From NCBI RefSeq assembly GCF_016432865.1, contig NC_067404.1, forward strand, positions 8,184,001-8,248,000: DNA of 64,000 nt, in the 5' to 3' direction. The notes under the pieces were generated by a model. That model saw only the letters and a list, made by a program, of their open reading frames with translations. It did not search any database and was not told the origin of the DNA. A program made the position numbers and the translations under genes. This DNA comes from Antechinus flavipes (taxonomy: Eukaryota). Shown here piece by piece: positions 35,469 through 47,060 of the stretch; positions within the stretch are counted from its first letter, which is position 1, and each line of letters opens with the position of its first letter.

Positions 35469-37193
35469 TTACATGGGTCCTGCGGGGTTCCGTGCAGGAG
35501 CAGCTTGGTCCGCTCCTCCGCCGCCGCCGTTGATGCCGCCACCACCGCCGATGCCGCCGCCGATGCCACCGCTGATGCCACCGCTGATGCCACCGCCAAT
35601 GCCACCGTTGATGCCGCCACCGATGCCGCCGCCGATGCCACCGCTGATGCCACCGCCAATGCCACCGTTGATGCTGCCGCTGATGCCACCGTTGATGCCG
35701 CCACTGATGCCGCCGCCGATGCCGCCGCCGATGCCGCCGCTGCCGCTGATGCCGCCGATGCCCCCGCCATCACTACCACTGTCGCTGCTGCCGCCATCAC
35801 TGCCGCCGCCACCGCTGCCACTGCCACCGTCACTGCCACCGCGGCCATTGTCACTGCCGCCGCTGCCATTGTCACTGGCGGCGCCGCCGCCGCGCGCTTG
35901 CCCATCGGGGGGATCTTGGGACCGCTGGGCCCGGCGTGCAGGGTCTCGTCTGCCACCGCCGTCGCCGATGGCGGCCTGCGCGGAAGCCTGGGAGGCCGCG
36001 GCCCCTCTGGCGCTCTCTGCCTCGCTTCTCGCCAGCGTGGCCAGCAGGAGGGCGGGCAGGCCTTGGGATCTCCGATGTCTCCGCATGTGAGTCATGGCTT
36101 GTCGTCTGCGTTGGGGCTCGGGGCTGAACAGCGTTCGCCGCCCGGGCAAGCTCACTCTCACGCGCCCATCCCCAGCGCCTACGAGGGCTCCATGCTGATT
36201 TTCCACATAAGCCTGGGGCCAGTGGCCATAGATCATGGGGGCTGGCCTGGCCCCAGGCATGCCTTCCCCACTCCCACCCAGGGCCAAGGGGTCAGGGGCG
36301 GCCGGGGCTAGCCTCGCATAGATCACTGGGGGGGGTGTGGCTCTCCCCCGCCCGTGGCTTCCCGGGGGGGCGCGGGTAGTTTCTCCATGAAATTGTGTCA
36401 TAGCTGGCCGCGCGTTGGGGGCGGGCTGCGCTCCAGGTGTTCCATCTATTCTCTGAGGGCCGTGGCCGGGGTGCAGTTGAAAGGGCCTCAGCTCGGCCAC
36501 AATGTAGTGGGGGGGCTGGCCGGCCTTGGGCATCCCCGCCCCTGCCTGTTGCTTCATGGCAACCTTCACCTCGGCTGCCCGGCAGAATTGTGAGGTGGGG
36601 GGGGTCCCTCTGTCATGGTTACCCCAGAGTGCTCAGGGTCACCATTGTAACCAGCATAACATTCCAACCCCCAACAGCCTGTGACAGCTGCGGGGCGGGG
36701 CTCACCTGCCTGGGGGCCGGGGGCTCCCCTCCCCCAAAACATGCACCACCCCAGTGAATAAAGCACGGAAAGTACACAAAAAACCCCGGCCTGCTTGTGG
36801 AAGTGCCCGCTGGGGGAGCTCGGTCGCGGCCCCCGCGCCGGGGTGCGGGCGGGGTTGGGAGGGTCGGGAACGGGCCCAGACTCTCCCATCCTCCCCCCCC
36901 TCCCGGCCGGGCGCTCCCCGGGGGCAGGCCACGTCCCTGCCGCTAGCTCTCTGTGTCCCCAGCTGTCTGACGGGGTCCCGGCCCTGAGCTTCGGGTGCCG
37001 GGGAGGGGCCCCGGGTGTTGGGGAGGGGCCCCGGGTGTCGGGGAGGGGCCCCGGGTTCGGGGAGCACCGGCACGGGGCCTGGCGCCCGGGCAGGGCGGCT
37101 CACCTGCATGTTGTTACGTCTGAGGAGTCCTTCCGCATCGGGCCTGACCATGACCGGCTGCTCCAGCCATGGCCTAGAGGCCCCTCCACCCAT
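35469..37193 (-). CDS. Family copy C, uncharacterised protein with Gly/Ile/Ser-rich C-terminal repeat
   Basis: Exon 1 37193-37104 (30 codons, CAG|GTGAGC). Exon 2 from 36569 is in phase 0, or translation starts at ATG 36557 (362 aa). ORF intact to PARNPAGPM*; AATAAA ~35177-35188. Confidence 0.72.
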
Positions 37194-39449
37194 GTCCCGC
37201 TCCCCCGGGCTGGCAGCACCTCTCTCAGGCCTCCACTGCCCCCTAACTGACCACCACATGCTGGGGGCTCGGCTCCCTGGGGGTGGGATCTCTGACACCA
37301 GGTGTCCTCCACCACCCAAGCACCAGCAGGCCTGGGGGAGGGCAGACGGGCCGGGGCCACATCCACAAGTGGGCCCCAGCAGCCTTGTAGTCCAAGGGCC
37401 TGCTGTGTTGGGGGAGGAGACCGGGGTAACCTGGAGACAGCCCCAGGCGGGGAACAGAGCAGGCCTGAGCCTCCCAGTGGGGAGTCTGGCTCCCAAAGCC
37501 CCCACGGCCCCTCCCATCCCCACAAAGGTGGCCACCCCCGAGGAGGGCCGAGGGGGCTGGCGCCGGCTCCCTGTGGAAGGTCTCTTTACCACAGGCAGAG
37601 TGGGCACTGCCACACAGGCTCCTCTGCCAGTCTGCCTGGGGTCAGCAGCCTCTTCTCCTGCTCCTGGGGCCCAGGGACTGCTGCCCTGCCTAGTTCTCAT
37701 ACACATGAGGGCCCACACAACGCCCCCCCCCCCACGGGGCACCCCTGGGACGTGTTTCAGGGAGTACTCATCACTCGGCCCCTCCCCCTCGTAGCGAGAG
37801 ATGGACACCCGGGGGGAGCTTTCCCACCCCGCCGGGAGTCACAGAAACATCCATTCAGCCACATCTTTCCCGGATGAGTGGAGAGCAGCGTCTCGAGGGG
37901 CCCTGGCCCCAGCATGGCAACTGGCTGGCCCACCGGGCAGGGAAGCAAGGCGTCATCCCAAGGGGCCCGAGGCTGTGCAGGGTCCGCTTTCTTTAAGGGA
38001 AGGCAGGGCCTCCCACCGGGCAGCGTCCGCTGAGGCCTGGCCCTGGAAGGCTTCCCTGGGGGGGGGGCTAGGAGCAGAGGGGTGCAGAGCTGAAAGAGCC
38101 TTGGAAATCACCCGGCAGGAACCTCCTTTCCAAAGAAGGGGCCTTGATGCTCCCGAGGGCACGAAGGTCAGCCCTTCCAGCAACTGCCGGCTGAGCCTGA
38201 AGCAGGCCTCTTGACTCACTCCCACTGCCCGTTGGGGCCCGATGGGACTCAGTCCCCCCCCTCGGTGGAGGCTGTTGGGGGAGGCCTGAAGCCTGCCCCT
38301 CTGAGGAGCCTGTGGCAGAATAAAGCCTTAGCCTGTCCCACAGGACTCAGGGGAGGCTGATTCTGGGCCACTTTCTTCTTGAAGGAAGCTTGGCCCGGCT
38401 TCCCTCCCCACTTTCTTGCCCTGCAGCCCCTCCCCCAGGGACTCGTCTCTGTCCTCTCACAGTCACATGGGATATAAGATTGGCAGCGCTCAGAGTGGGC
38501 ACAAAATGAGCGACTCCCCCTTGCCCCTTCCCCAACTGTCCACACTCCTCTTGGCGGAGGCGAGGGGCCCATTTACTGCAGTGTCTTTGACATCCCATTT
38601 GGTCTGTATGACCGAGAGAACGAGGGAAGTGTTGATGGAGAGGAGAGAAGCTACATCATTTTCCTTCCCTACCTCCCCCTAGCCTGGCAGGCTGCAGCCT
38701 GAGCTCCCCAGAGAGATCCCACTCTCTTTGGTGTCAGAAGCAGCCCAGTGAAGAGTTATTAAGCACCCCCATTCCCCCGTCCCTGCCAGCAGGGCCAAAG
38801 GGGAGGACCGGCACAGGGGGTTGGCAGCCGCTCCCCCGACCCCTGACTTCTACAAGGCAGTTTCCCAGCAAGCCCCCTGCCGAGCAAGGCTTTGTTCGTG
38901 CTGGCCGCGGAGGTCAGCTCAGGCCGGCAGCCAGGGAGGAATCTCTCTCAGAAGCTAAGCTCTCTAAGACAGCCCCTGGAGGCCCTGGGAACACAGGATC
39001 TAGAAGCCCGGAGTGGGATGCTGGGAGGGAATCCCCTAGAAAGTGGATAGAGGGTGACCCAGTCAGTGACTGGCAGAGCCAAGGCTGGCCAGGGCACTTT
39101 GCCCCAGCCCAAATCTCGGGCTAGGGACGTCTGTACCTTCCACCTCCTCATCCCCAGCACAGCTGCCATGGTGCTGGCCCAGGAAGGGATTATGGGGTCA
39201 AGGGCTCAGTGCCTGATTTTCTGAGAGACAGAGGGCTCGGTTCTGCCAGGACTCAGGAGAGCACCCAGATGCTCTCCCTCTGGGCCCCTAGCAGGCAGGA
39301 CCACTTTCTAATTAGGACCACGCATCCCCCCCCCCCCACTCCAAGCTCCATCTTGGAAGGATGAAGCATGCTTTGGATGGCCAAGAGAGGCTGGGCTGGC
39401 CAATATAAGGCACCCAGAAGCCTTCAATTCCAACTCTGAAAGCCTCCTG

Positions 39450-40600
39450 GGCCTGCTGAGGCTCCGCCCAGGCCGGAGTGCCGGCGCCCCAGGGCGCCCC
39501 CTACGTCCCGGAGCTCATCCTCGGGGTGCTGTCCGCCAGTAGCCCCTAGAACCTTGCAAGTCGGAAGGATTCTACTCTCCCGACGAGGCCCAACCATAAT
39601 TCTCTTGCGTTCCTATTCCAACCCCCTGCAGATTGGGGGAGGGGTGCGGGGACAGACGGACAACAGGACCCCCAGCTCCGACCCGCTCGATCTCTGACCC
39701 GGCTGGCTGCGGTTCGGGCCGCCTTTCGGCCATCTCTCCACTCCTCCCCCTGCGAGGATCCCCCCTCCCGGTGGATCAGAGGGTCAGGTTCCAGAACTGG
39801 CTTCTAACCACCTGGCATCTAGGACAGATCATTCGATAGGCCTTTATGAGGCACTTGCTGCATGCCGGCCCCGCGCTGGCCGCTGATACAGATACGCTCG
39901 CAAGGGAGCGGGTCCCGCCGCCTCCCCGGCCGCTGGGGAGCACCGAACCGTGGCCCGGCTGAGAACGGCCTCCCGCCAAGGAAAGGGAGGCTGAAGGCGG
40001 ACATCCGGGTTCTCCACAGGGGGACGTGGCAGAAGGCTGGGGGCGGGGGGACGCCGACAGCTCCCCGTTTCCCGGGATCGTACCCGGATTTGTCCGGATC
40101 GTCCAGTCCCGCGTCCCCGCGGCCCTAGCGGTGTGTCTGGACCTGCGCATGCGCAACGGGCGTGCGAGGGGCCGGGGAGGGGTAGCTTCTGTATTACGGG
40201 TATGGGGGAGGATTGATTTGCACAGCGGAGGGAGGAGCGGGGGAGGGACTTGGTGGCTTCTCCGAGGACCAGGTGCTCGGGGAGCTACCGATGCGTCCCC
40301 GCTTGTGGAGCGGCCCTTGGGCCCAGGTGTCCGGGAGAGAGGGCGGGACCGGGCGGGACCGGGCGGGCCCACACCCTCCTAGACTTGAGGCCGGGTGCCT
40401 GAAGGCCCAACTTTCTGGGGGACTTTGGGTTAGTGCGGGCGGCCCCGGGCCGCGGCCGGAAACCCAACGCTGGGTGGTCTCGGCAGGGAGAGGAACCGGC
40501 GGCCACCGCCCCCCCACCCCAGGGAGTGAGAGAAGGAAAGGGGAGCGCCCCCGCGCCCCCGGCGCCCAAAAGGCGTGTAAGGGAAGGAGAGGGGGACACA
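39450..40600. promoter_or_regulatory. CpG-rich promoter-like island with NRF1 palindrome
   Basis: Dense CpG, TGCGCATGCGCA at 40144-40155 and tandem GGGCGGG boxes at ~40341-40367. Confidence 0.6.
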
Positions 40601-42781
40601 TTCCACCCCCCAGAGGTAGAGGGGACCCACCAGCCTAGACCTTGGCACACTTGGCCAGCGGCAGCCTTCCCCGGGAGGGGGGAGGGATATGGCCCAGAGG
40701 GGCTGCGGCTGCTCCCCAAAAGGAGCGGTGGGAGACTGAGGTACACGAAGCGGAGCCGGCCCCAAAAGGCGCCTAATGGCCTCGAATTCCCCAGGAAAGA
40801 GGCAACGCTTCAGCTCGTAGGGATCCCCTTCTCTCCCGGGACAAAGGCAGGAAAGGGGGAAGCAAGAGGAAGAGCGTCCCTCAGAGGAATAACTCAGCCC
40901 CCTCAGTAATAATTCGGGCCCCCCCCCGGAGTAATAATTCAGGCCCCTCCTTCCGGAGTAATATTTCAAGTGCCCCCCCTCCCCAAAAATGTTTCAGGCC
41001 CCCCTCCGGGATAACACTTCAGGCCGCATTGGGCCAGAATTGAGGAGGAAGTGGGGCCAAAGGGTCCAGGACAGGGCGGCCTCTGGGACTCGGGCCTGGG
41101 CGGGACCAGGCGGGAAGGTGAGAAGGCGCGCGCAGAGCCGGGTGTCCAACATCTCAGAGGGGGACCCAGGGGAGGCCAGGGACTGAGCGAGGGGGCGGGG
41201 CACCAGGTGACAGGCAGGTCAGCCACAGATGTGATTGGCCCCAGAGGGGGGAAGGAGACAGTGGTAGGAGAAGGGAGGGAGAGGCCCAGGGCTGTGAGGG
41301 AGAGGTCGGGTCTCTGGGCTCCCCAGGTATGAGGCTGCAGAACCGGGGGCACCTCCGTGGGGGGGCAGCTCCCCCTGCCCCATCAGTCCTGCCTGGGAGT
41401 CCCTGAGGGGGCGGGGAGGGAGGCCCCTCTGGGCAGACACCAGGCCCCGGGCCGGGGGGCAGCCCGGCGGGGGCAGGAAGGAGCCGGAGGCGGAGGACTT
41501 CCTGGGGAGAATCGCCCTGAAGGAGACGGGCCTCCTTGGAGCTGTCTGCGCCTGGGAAAGGTCCCAGCTCCCTGCTGGCCCAAGCTCATGTTCCCCCCCC
41601 TCCCCCCCCCCCGCCCCCGCCCCCCCAGAGCGCAAGGACCCTCTCGGCACACGGTGGGTTCCTCAGAGGCGTGTTTATTGACCAGATGCATCACGCCTCA
41701 CAGAGGCAGCCGCCCGGGCACCTGGGAGACAAGGACAGCCATCAGGGGGGGGCACAGGGGAGGCTCGCCGGGAGACGGGAAGGGGAGCCGCTCCGCGGGT
41801 CCGGGGCCACATCTGCCCGACGGCAGCAGCCTCGGGGCCCAGGGAGGAGGGGACACGGGGAGCCCACACCCCCAGAGTGCCAAGGGGTCAGGCCGCCGGT
41901 GGCAGGGGCCGGGCCCTCCCCTCTGCCCTCTGCCCTGGGAGGCCGGCACCCCCGTCTGGGGTAGAACGTGTCCAGGGGTGGCAGGCAGGCAGAGGAGCCC
42001 CCCCCCACTGCCCAGCCAGACCAGCCCCTACTTACTCAGGGTCTGAGCAGGCAGCAGTCGGGCTGGGTCCTAGCGGACCATGCCTCAGCTGACCCGATGT
42101 CTGGTGGTCCTTGTGCCCCACAGAAAGGTGCTGCTTCTGGTCCAGCAGGGCTGCTTTCTGCCTCTAGTTCTGGAACACACCCCAGCCCCCGCCAGGGCCC
42201 CGTGAGGAACAAGCCCGGGCTGTCCGGGGGCTGCGAGTGTGCCCCGAAGGTGGGGACGCCCCTCTGGGAGCCCTGGGCCCGGGGGCAGGGAAGGAGCTGG
42301 GGGCCCCTCGGGGAAAGGAGGGCGCGGCCGGGGCTCTCCCTGCGGGGAGGTCAGGGAGGGGAGGTGCTGCCCACAAGGCGACTGGGCCAAGCCCCCAGAA
42401 GCTGCGGCCCAGAGGCCACCCGGCCCGGGAGGCGGGGCTGCCCCCTCTCAGCGCAGGCCCACGGGGCCATGGGGCGGCCTCTCAAGAGAGCCCTCACTCA
42501 GAGCGGGCAGCCCCACGGGCGGTGCTCCTTGGCATCTCGGGGCACGCACAGCCCCCCTGGCAGGGCGGCGCCGGGCACCCGGCTACCGGGATGGCAGCCC
42601 CATTCTACAGAGGGCACAAGGGGAGCCCGCGCAGGGAGGGAGAGGTTTGCCCCAGGTCACCCACCAGGAAGGAAGGAAGTTGCACAATTAGGGCCAGTCC
42701 TGCCCGGGCAGTGCGAGAGCAGAGAGATTGTCATTCCTGCGGGGAGAAGGAGAGAGAGCCTCGGTCACCAAGGGCTCTGGA

Positions 42782-42964
42782 TCCCCCCCACCACACCACA
42801 GGGGGCCGGAACGTCCCCCACCGCACCACAGGGGGCCAGAACGCCCCCCACCGCACTGGGCACCAGAAGGCCTGCACTCCGTGAAGCGGGGCTCCCGAGT
42901 CCCAAGCTGGGGATGGCCCCCCGGCCAATGGGCCCTCCTGAGCTCCGGGTCTCGGCCCCTCCTC
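42782..42964. repeat. Three ~30-bp tandem units leading into the paralog of 7997-8115
   Basis: CCCCCACCGCACCACAGGGGGCCAGAACG repeated, then CTGGGCACCAGAAGG... Confidence 0.8.
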
Positions 42965-43189
42965 TGCAAAGCAGATGCGGGAAGCCCCCCTGCCCGTGCG
43001 GAGGACTCTGGGAGGGACTGGCTGCCGGCCCCCGAGGGACGCCTCCCCGGGGCAGCGGGGGGCGCCCGGCTCCGGGCCAAGGGGGCCGGGCACCCTCGGA
43101 GGGGCAGAGCAGAGGGCTCAGGCCAAACGACTGGGCAACGCTTCCTACCTCGGGCATTTCTTCCTAAGCCACCTCAGTGGTTCTCTTCC

Positions 43190-43429
43190 TCACAGCTGCT
43201 GGGTCTGATGGGAGCTGTCAGGGAGCAGGCAACTTCTGATGTGTCTGTAAAGAGCGGGGGGAGGGGGGGTGTGGGAACAGTGCCGGGCAGGGGTCCCGGC
43301 CCCCACCCCTACGCGCCTGTCCCACTGATGGGGCTTCAGGGCCCAGGGAAAGAGCAGGCCCGGCACGGGGAAGCTGGCTCTGGGAGTGTGTGCCATGTGT
43401 ATGGGGGGGCGGGGATTCGTGTGTGTGTG

Positions 43430-43467
<38 letters not shown>

Positions 43468-44437
43468 GTGCGTGTGCCCCGTGTGTGTATGTGTGTGTGT
43501 GTGTGTGTGCCCTGTGTGTGTATGTGTGCCCCGTGTGTGTGTTCCGGGTGAATGTGCCTTGGGGACTTTTTGCTCTGAGGGTGAGAGGTGGCTCTTGTTC
43601 TCTATGGGGACCCTTGTGTGCTGTGTGTAGCTCCCCGTGAGCGGGGGGGGTGTGTGTGTGTGAGGGAATAGCCATGGCACACGGGGGGGGGGGGGGCACG
43701 GGGGACGGGCTTTCAACAGGGGCCCCAGCGAGGCTTCTGGGAGGGGCGCCCCCTGCTGGTACCTGGGGACGAGAAGGGCAGTTGGTCTCGGCGGAGATCT
43801 GTGCTAACGCTCCTCTGGAGCTGCCACGGGGGTCTTGGTGCACTATTCGCACTGGAGGCCTCCTGGGGGACAAAGAGCAGGGGCCCCCGCCGGGGCAGCG
43901 GGGGGACGCTCGGGCCCAGCTCTGCCCTCGGCTCTCAGGGGTCCCGGGGGCCTCCTCCTCCCAGGGCAAGGAGGAGTCCCTCCCCCCCTCCCCCCCTCCC
44001 TCCCCCCCCCCCCGGCCCGGCCCACACAGTCTCACCAGAGCGGCCTTTCTAGGGTCCCGAGGGCCTTGCCAGCATCCCCACCTGGGTGACTTCCAAGCAG
44101 CCTGGCAGCAGCTACAGCCCGGGCCTCCATGAGACTGGGGAGAGGGAGACGGGACGCTGCAGGCCCCGCTCCCTTTCAGGACCCCAGAGCCCTCCTGCCC
44201 GTCCATGGCCCCGCGTCTCCTCCCCCGCCCCTTCAGTCCCCAAGCAGTCCCAGGCCCGGGAGCCGGGGGCACTCACTTTCTCAGGTGGCAGCAGAGGCTG
44301 GCCCAGCTGACACCCCGGCTGGGCAGGGCAGGTCTGGGCAGCCCCAGACGCCTCACCCCCAGGACTGTGGCCAATGGAACCTGGTTGTGACATCATCCAT
44401 TGTGACCCACCAGGTCACAGGTCAGGGCGGGGCCAAT
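43190..44437 (-). pseudogene. Family copy D3 (promoter, intron 44276-43763, ATG 43675; 3'-truncated)
   Basis: CCAAT/TGACATCA block, GTGAGT donor, CCCCAG acceptor and MAIPSHTHT start. 161-aa ORF through a (CA)n tract; no family C-terminus. Confidence 0.62.
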
Positions 44438-44999
44438 GGCCACTTGGTGGTGTCAAGGGGGATGAGCGGGGCAGGCTGGGCCCCTCCCCCCAGACCCAGT
44501 CCCAGACCCACCCTCTTGGCCCATCTCCCCCAGCTACAGCAGGACCCAGGTCTCTGGGCCTGGGGGGGGGAGCCCAGCCCAGACAATTCCCCACCACCCC
44601 CCGTGGCAGGACCCCCAGATGGTACACAAAACACTCACACAGGAAAGGGCGCGGGCCTAAGGGAGAAAGCGGGCCTGCCCTGGGGGGGTTGGAGGGGAGC
44701 AGAACTGGAAGCCCCTTCAGGGGTCAGGCTCAGGAAACAGCCAGATCCCTCCTCTCCCCAATGGCAATGCAAATCCCAGGGGCCCTGGGGAAGGCAGAGG
44801 CCGGGGCGCCCCTGGGGCTGCTGGGAAACTGTAGCCCTCAGGCAGGGAGCCAGCCAGGGCAGGGGGAGCCTTCGGAGCCCCTGCTGCCCCTGAGCCCATT
44901 GGCGCACAGTCTGGGTCGGGACAGCCAGGGAGCCCCCGCCCCGTCTCCCACCTGCTTTCTTCAGGCCTAACTCAGAGGGGCTCCCAGGACAGACCCGCT

Positions 45000-45400
45000 G
45001 GGCTGGAGACCACCACGTTTGTGTGGGTGTTCCTCCCTCCCATTTCCCAGAGTCCCACGGGTCTACAGCCTCTCTCAGTGAAGTTGGAAGGTGGGGGCAG
45101 AGAGTTTAGACTAGGGCTTCCCATAGCAAATCAGTCTTTGACCCCCCCACGTCCCCAAGTTCTGTCCCCCAGGAGTCTGTGTCTGTGAAGGAGGAAGCTG
45201 GGGGCAGGGTATGTACACCAGGGCTTCACAACCTAAATGAGCCCTTGGATTAGTCACCTCCCCAAGTTCTACCTCCCCGGGCTCTTCCACAACCTTTGTG
45301 AAGGGGAAAGCTGGGGGCAGTGTGTCTAGAGGAGGATGTCACACCCCAAGAGAGACCTTGCATTAGCCACATCCCTGAGTTCTGCACCCCAGGGGCGGCG
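45000..45400. repeat. ~113-bp satellite (3-4 units)
   Basis: TCTGTGAAGGAGGAAGCTGGGGGCAG units. Confidence 0.8.
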
Positions 45401-45855
45401 TCCCCTGCTGCCTGTTGGTGGGGACAGGAGTCTGGAAAGGAGGCGGCAGCAGGGGGCAGGGAGAGGGAGGGGCCCAGCCAGGCTGTGCCAGGTTTGGGGG
45501 GGAAGAGAGAAAGACAAAAGGCCACAGGCAATTTCACCAGAGAAAGATCTTTATTTTTCTTCTTGAATTGAAGAAAGCTGTTTTTGTTATAGAAGGCAGA
45601 GGGCAAAGCAATATAAGCTCAAAGCGAAAGAATCATGTTCCCACTGATAGGTGTGAGGACGGGGGGTGGGAGGGCGATCCGGGCCTTCTGCAGCTCTCGG
45701 ATGCCCACGGAGGAGACTTCTGCAGGGAGGAGTCTGGCCATGGTTGGGGGGGGGGACCCAAGAGGAAGTCAAGGGAAGAAGAAGGGAAGGATGAAAAGGA
45801 AAGAGGAGAAAGATAAGGCCCGTGAGAATGGGCTCTAGTTTTTTCACAGTCCCAA

Positions 45856-47060
45856 TTACATGGTTTCTGGTGGATTCTGGGCAGGAGGGTCTTCAGTTCT
45901 TTCATCTTGTTGTCCATCGGGGAGATCTTTGGATCCGAGGGGCCCAGGCAGAGGCCAAGATCTGCCATCACCATCACCAACTGCCGCTCCCTCGGTGCCA
46001 TGATCCGGAGCCTGGGAGGGGGCCTGCTCGGTGGTTGCTCCTGAGATTTCTTCTTGGGCCTTGATCAGAGCTGCCAGCAGGCCTTCGGTGTTTGCGTGAG
46101 ATCTTCGATATTTGCCTGAATGGGGCACTGCGTGTGGTCCTCGCTGAGGGTCAGGAGGGATGGGGGCCCGCCTCAGTTGTATACCTGCTCTTTCTTCCAT
46201 CACCGGCACCAATTAAAGCTCTTGGATGAATGTGAGGGTGTCCATAAGGCCAGCGGCTGTAGGCCATTGGAGATGGCATGACTCCTGGGATCCCCTCCCC
46301 CCTGCTACCCAAAACTGTCATGAACAGGTCATGGAAAACAGGGCCCACTCTTGCATAAGGTACTGATTGTGAAGTTGTTATCCCTCGTCCATGACCTGCA
46401 GGAGGAAGACGGCCGCCTCCCAGCTGAAACCCCATCATCCCGGGCCAGGCCCCCGCGGGCGGCTGGGGTCCGGGTCTTCTTTCGGCTACTCTCCTCATGG
46501 GGATCTGACCAAGAGACAGTTGCAGGGGTCTTAACATAGCCATAATGGTTGGGAAAGTGAGCACTGTTGTATTTCTCTCACCCCACCACTGGCAGCAGCT
46601 CCAAGGCAACCAGCCCTGTCATCACTCCAGAGGGAGTGTGACGTAATAAAGGCCCCCTGCCATGATAGCCTCAGAATTGTGGGGGTTGCAGTCATGACAC
46701 AGTTAAGGGCCCAGCCCCCAGCTCAACTGGCGGGCGAGACCGGGGCTCCCCTCCCCCCAAACGCGGCACCACCCCAATGAATAAAGCACGGAAAGTACAC
46801 GCACACACTTGTGGAAGTGCCCACTGGGGGGAGCTCGGTCGCGGCCCCCACACCGGGGTTGGGAGGGTTGGGAATGGACCCAGGCCCTCCCATGCCCCCT
46901 TCCCGGCCTGGCACTCCCTGGGTTTTGGGAGCACCGGCACGGGGCCTGGCGCCCGGGCAGGGCCTCTCACCTGCATGTTGTTACGTCTGAGGAGTCCTTC
47001 CGCATCGGGCCTGACCGTGACTGGCTGCTCCAGCCATGGCCTGGAGGCCCCTCCCCCCAT
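45856..47060 (-). pseudogene. Family copy B' (direct repeat of B with frameshift)
   Basis: Near-identical to B over ~45975-46860. A net 2-nt deletion with clustered substitutions at ~46190-46205 truncates the ORF (GDGRKSRYTTEAGPHPS*). The downstream frame ends AQNPPETM*; AATAAA ~45550. Confidence 0.75.

Noticed and set aside
35240-36311. Antisense poly-Ala and poly-Pro/Met ORFs (also 50260-51427)
   Set aside because: These are alternative frames of the 12-bp Gly repeat. Only the sense frame aligns with the A/B paralogs and has the family poly(A) signal.
39776-43630. Long GC-rich ORFs in the spacer (e.g. 41968-43167, 42728-43630)
   Set aside because: Non-ATG starts, overlapping ORFs on both strands, no recognisable domain and no paralog frame conservation.
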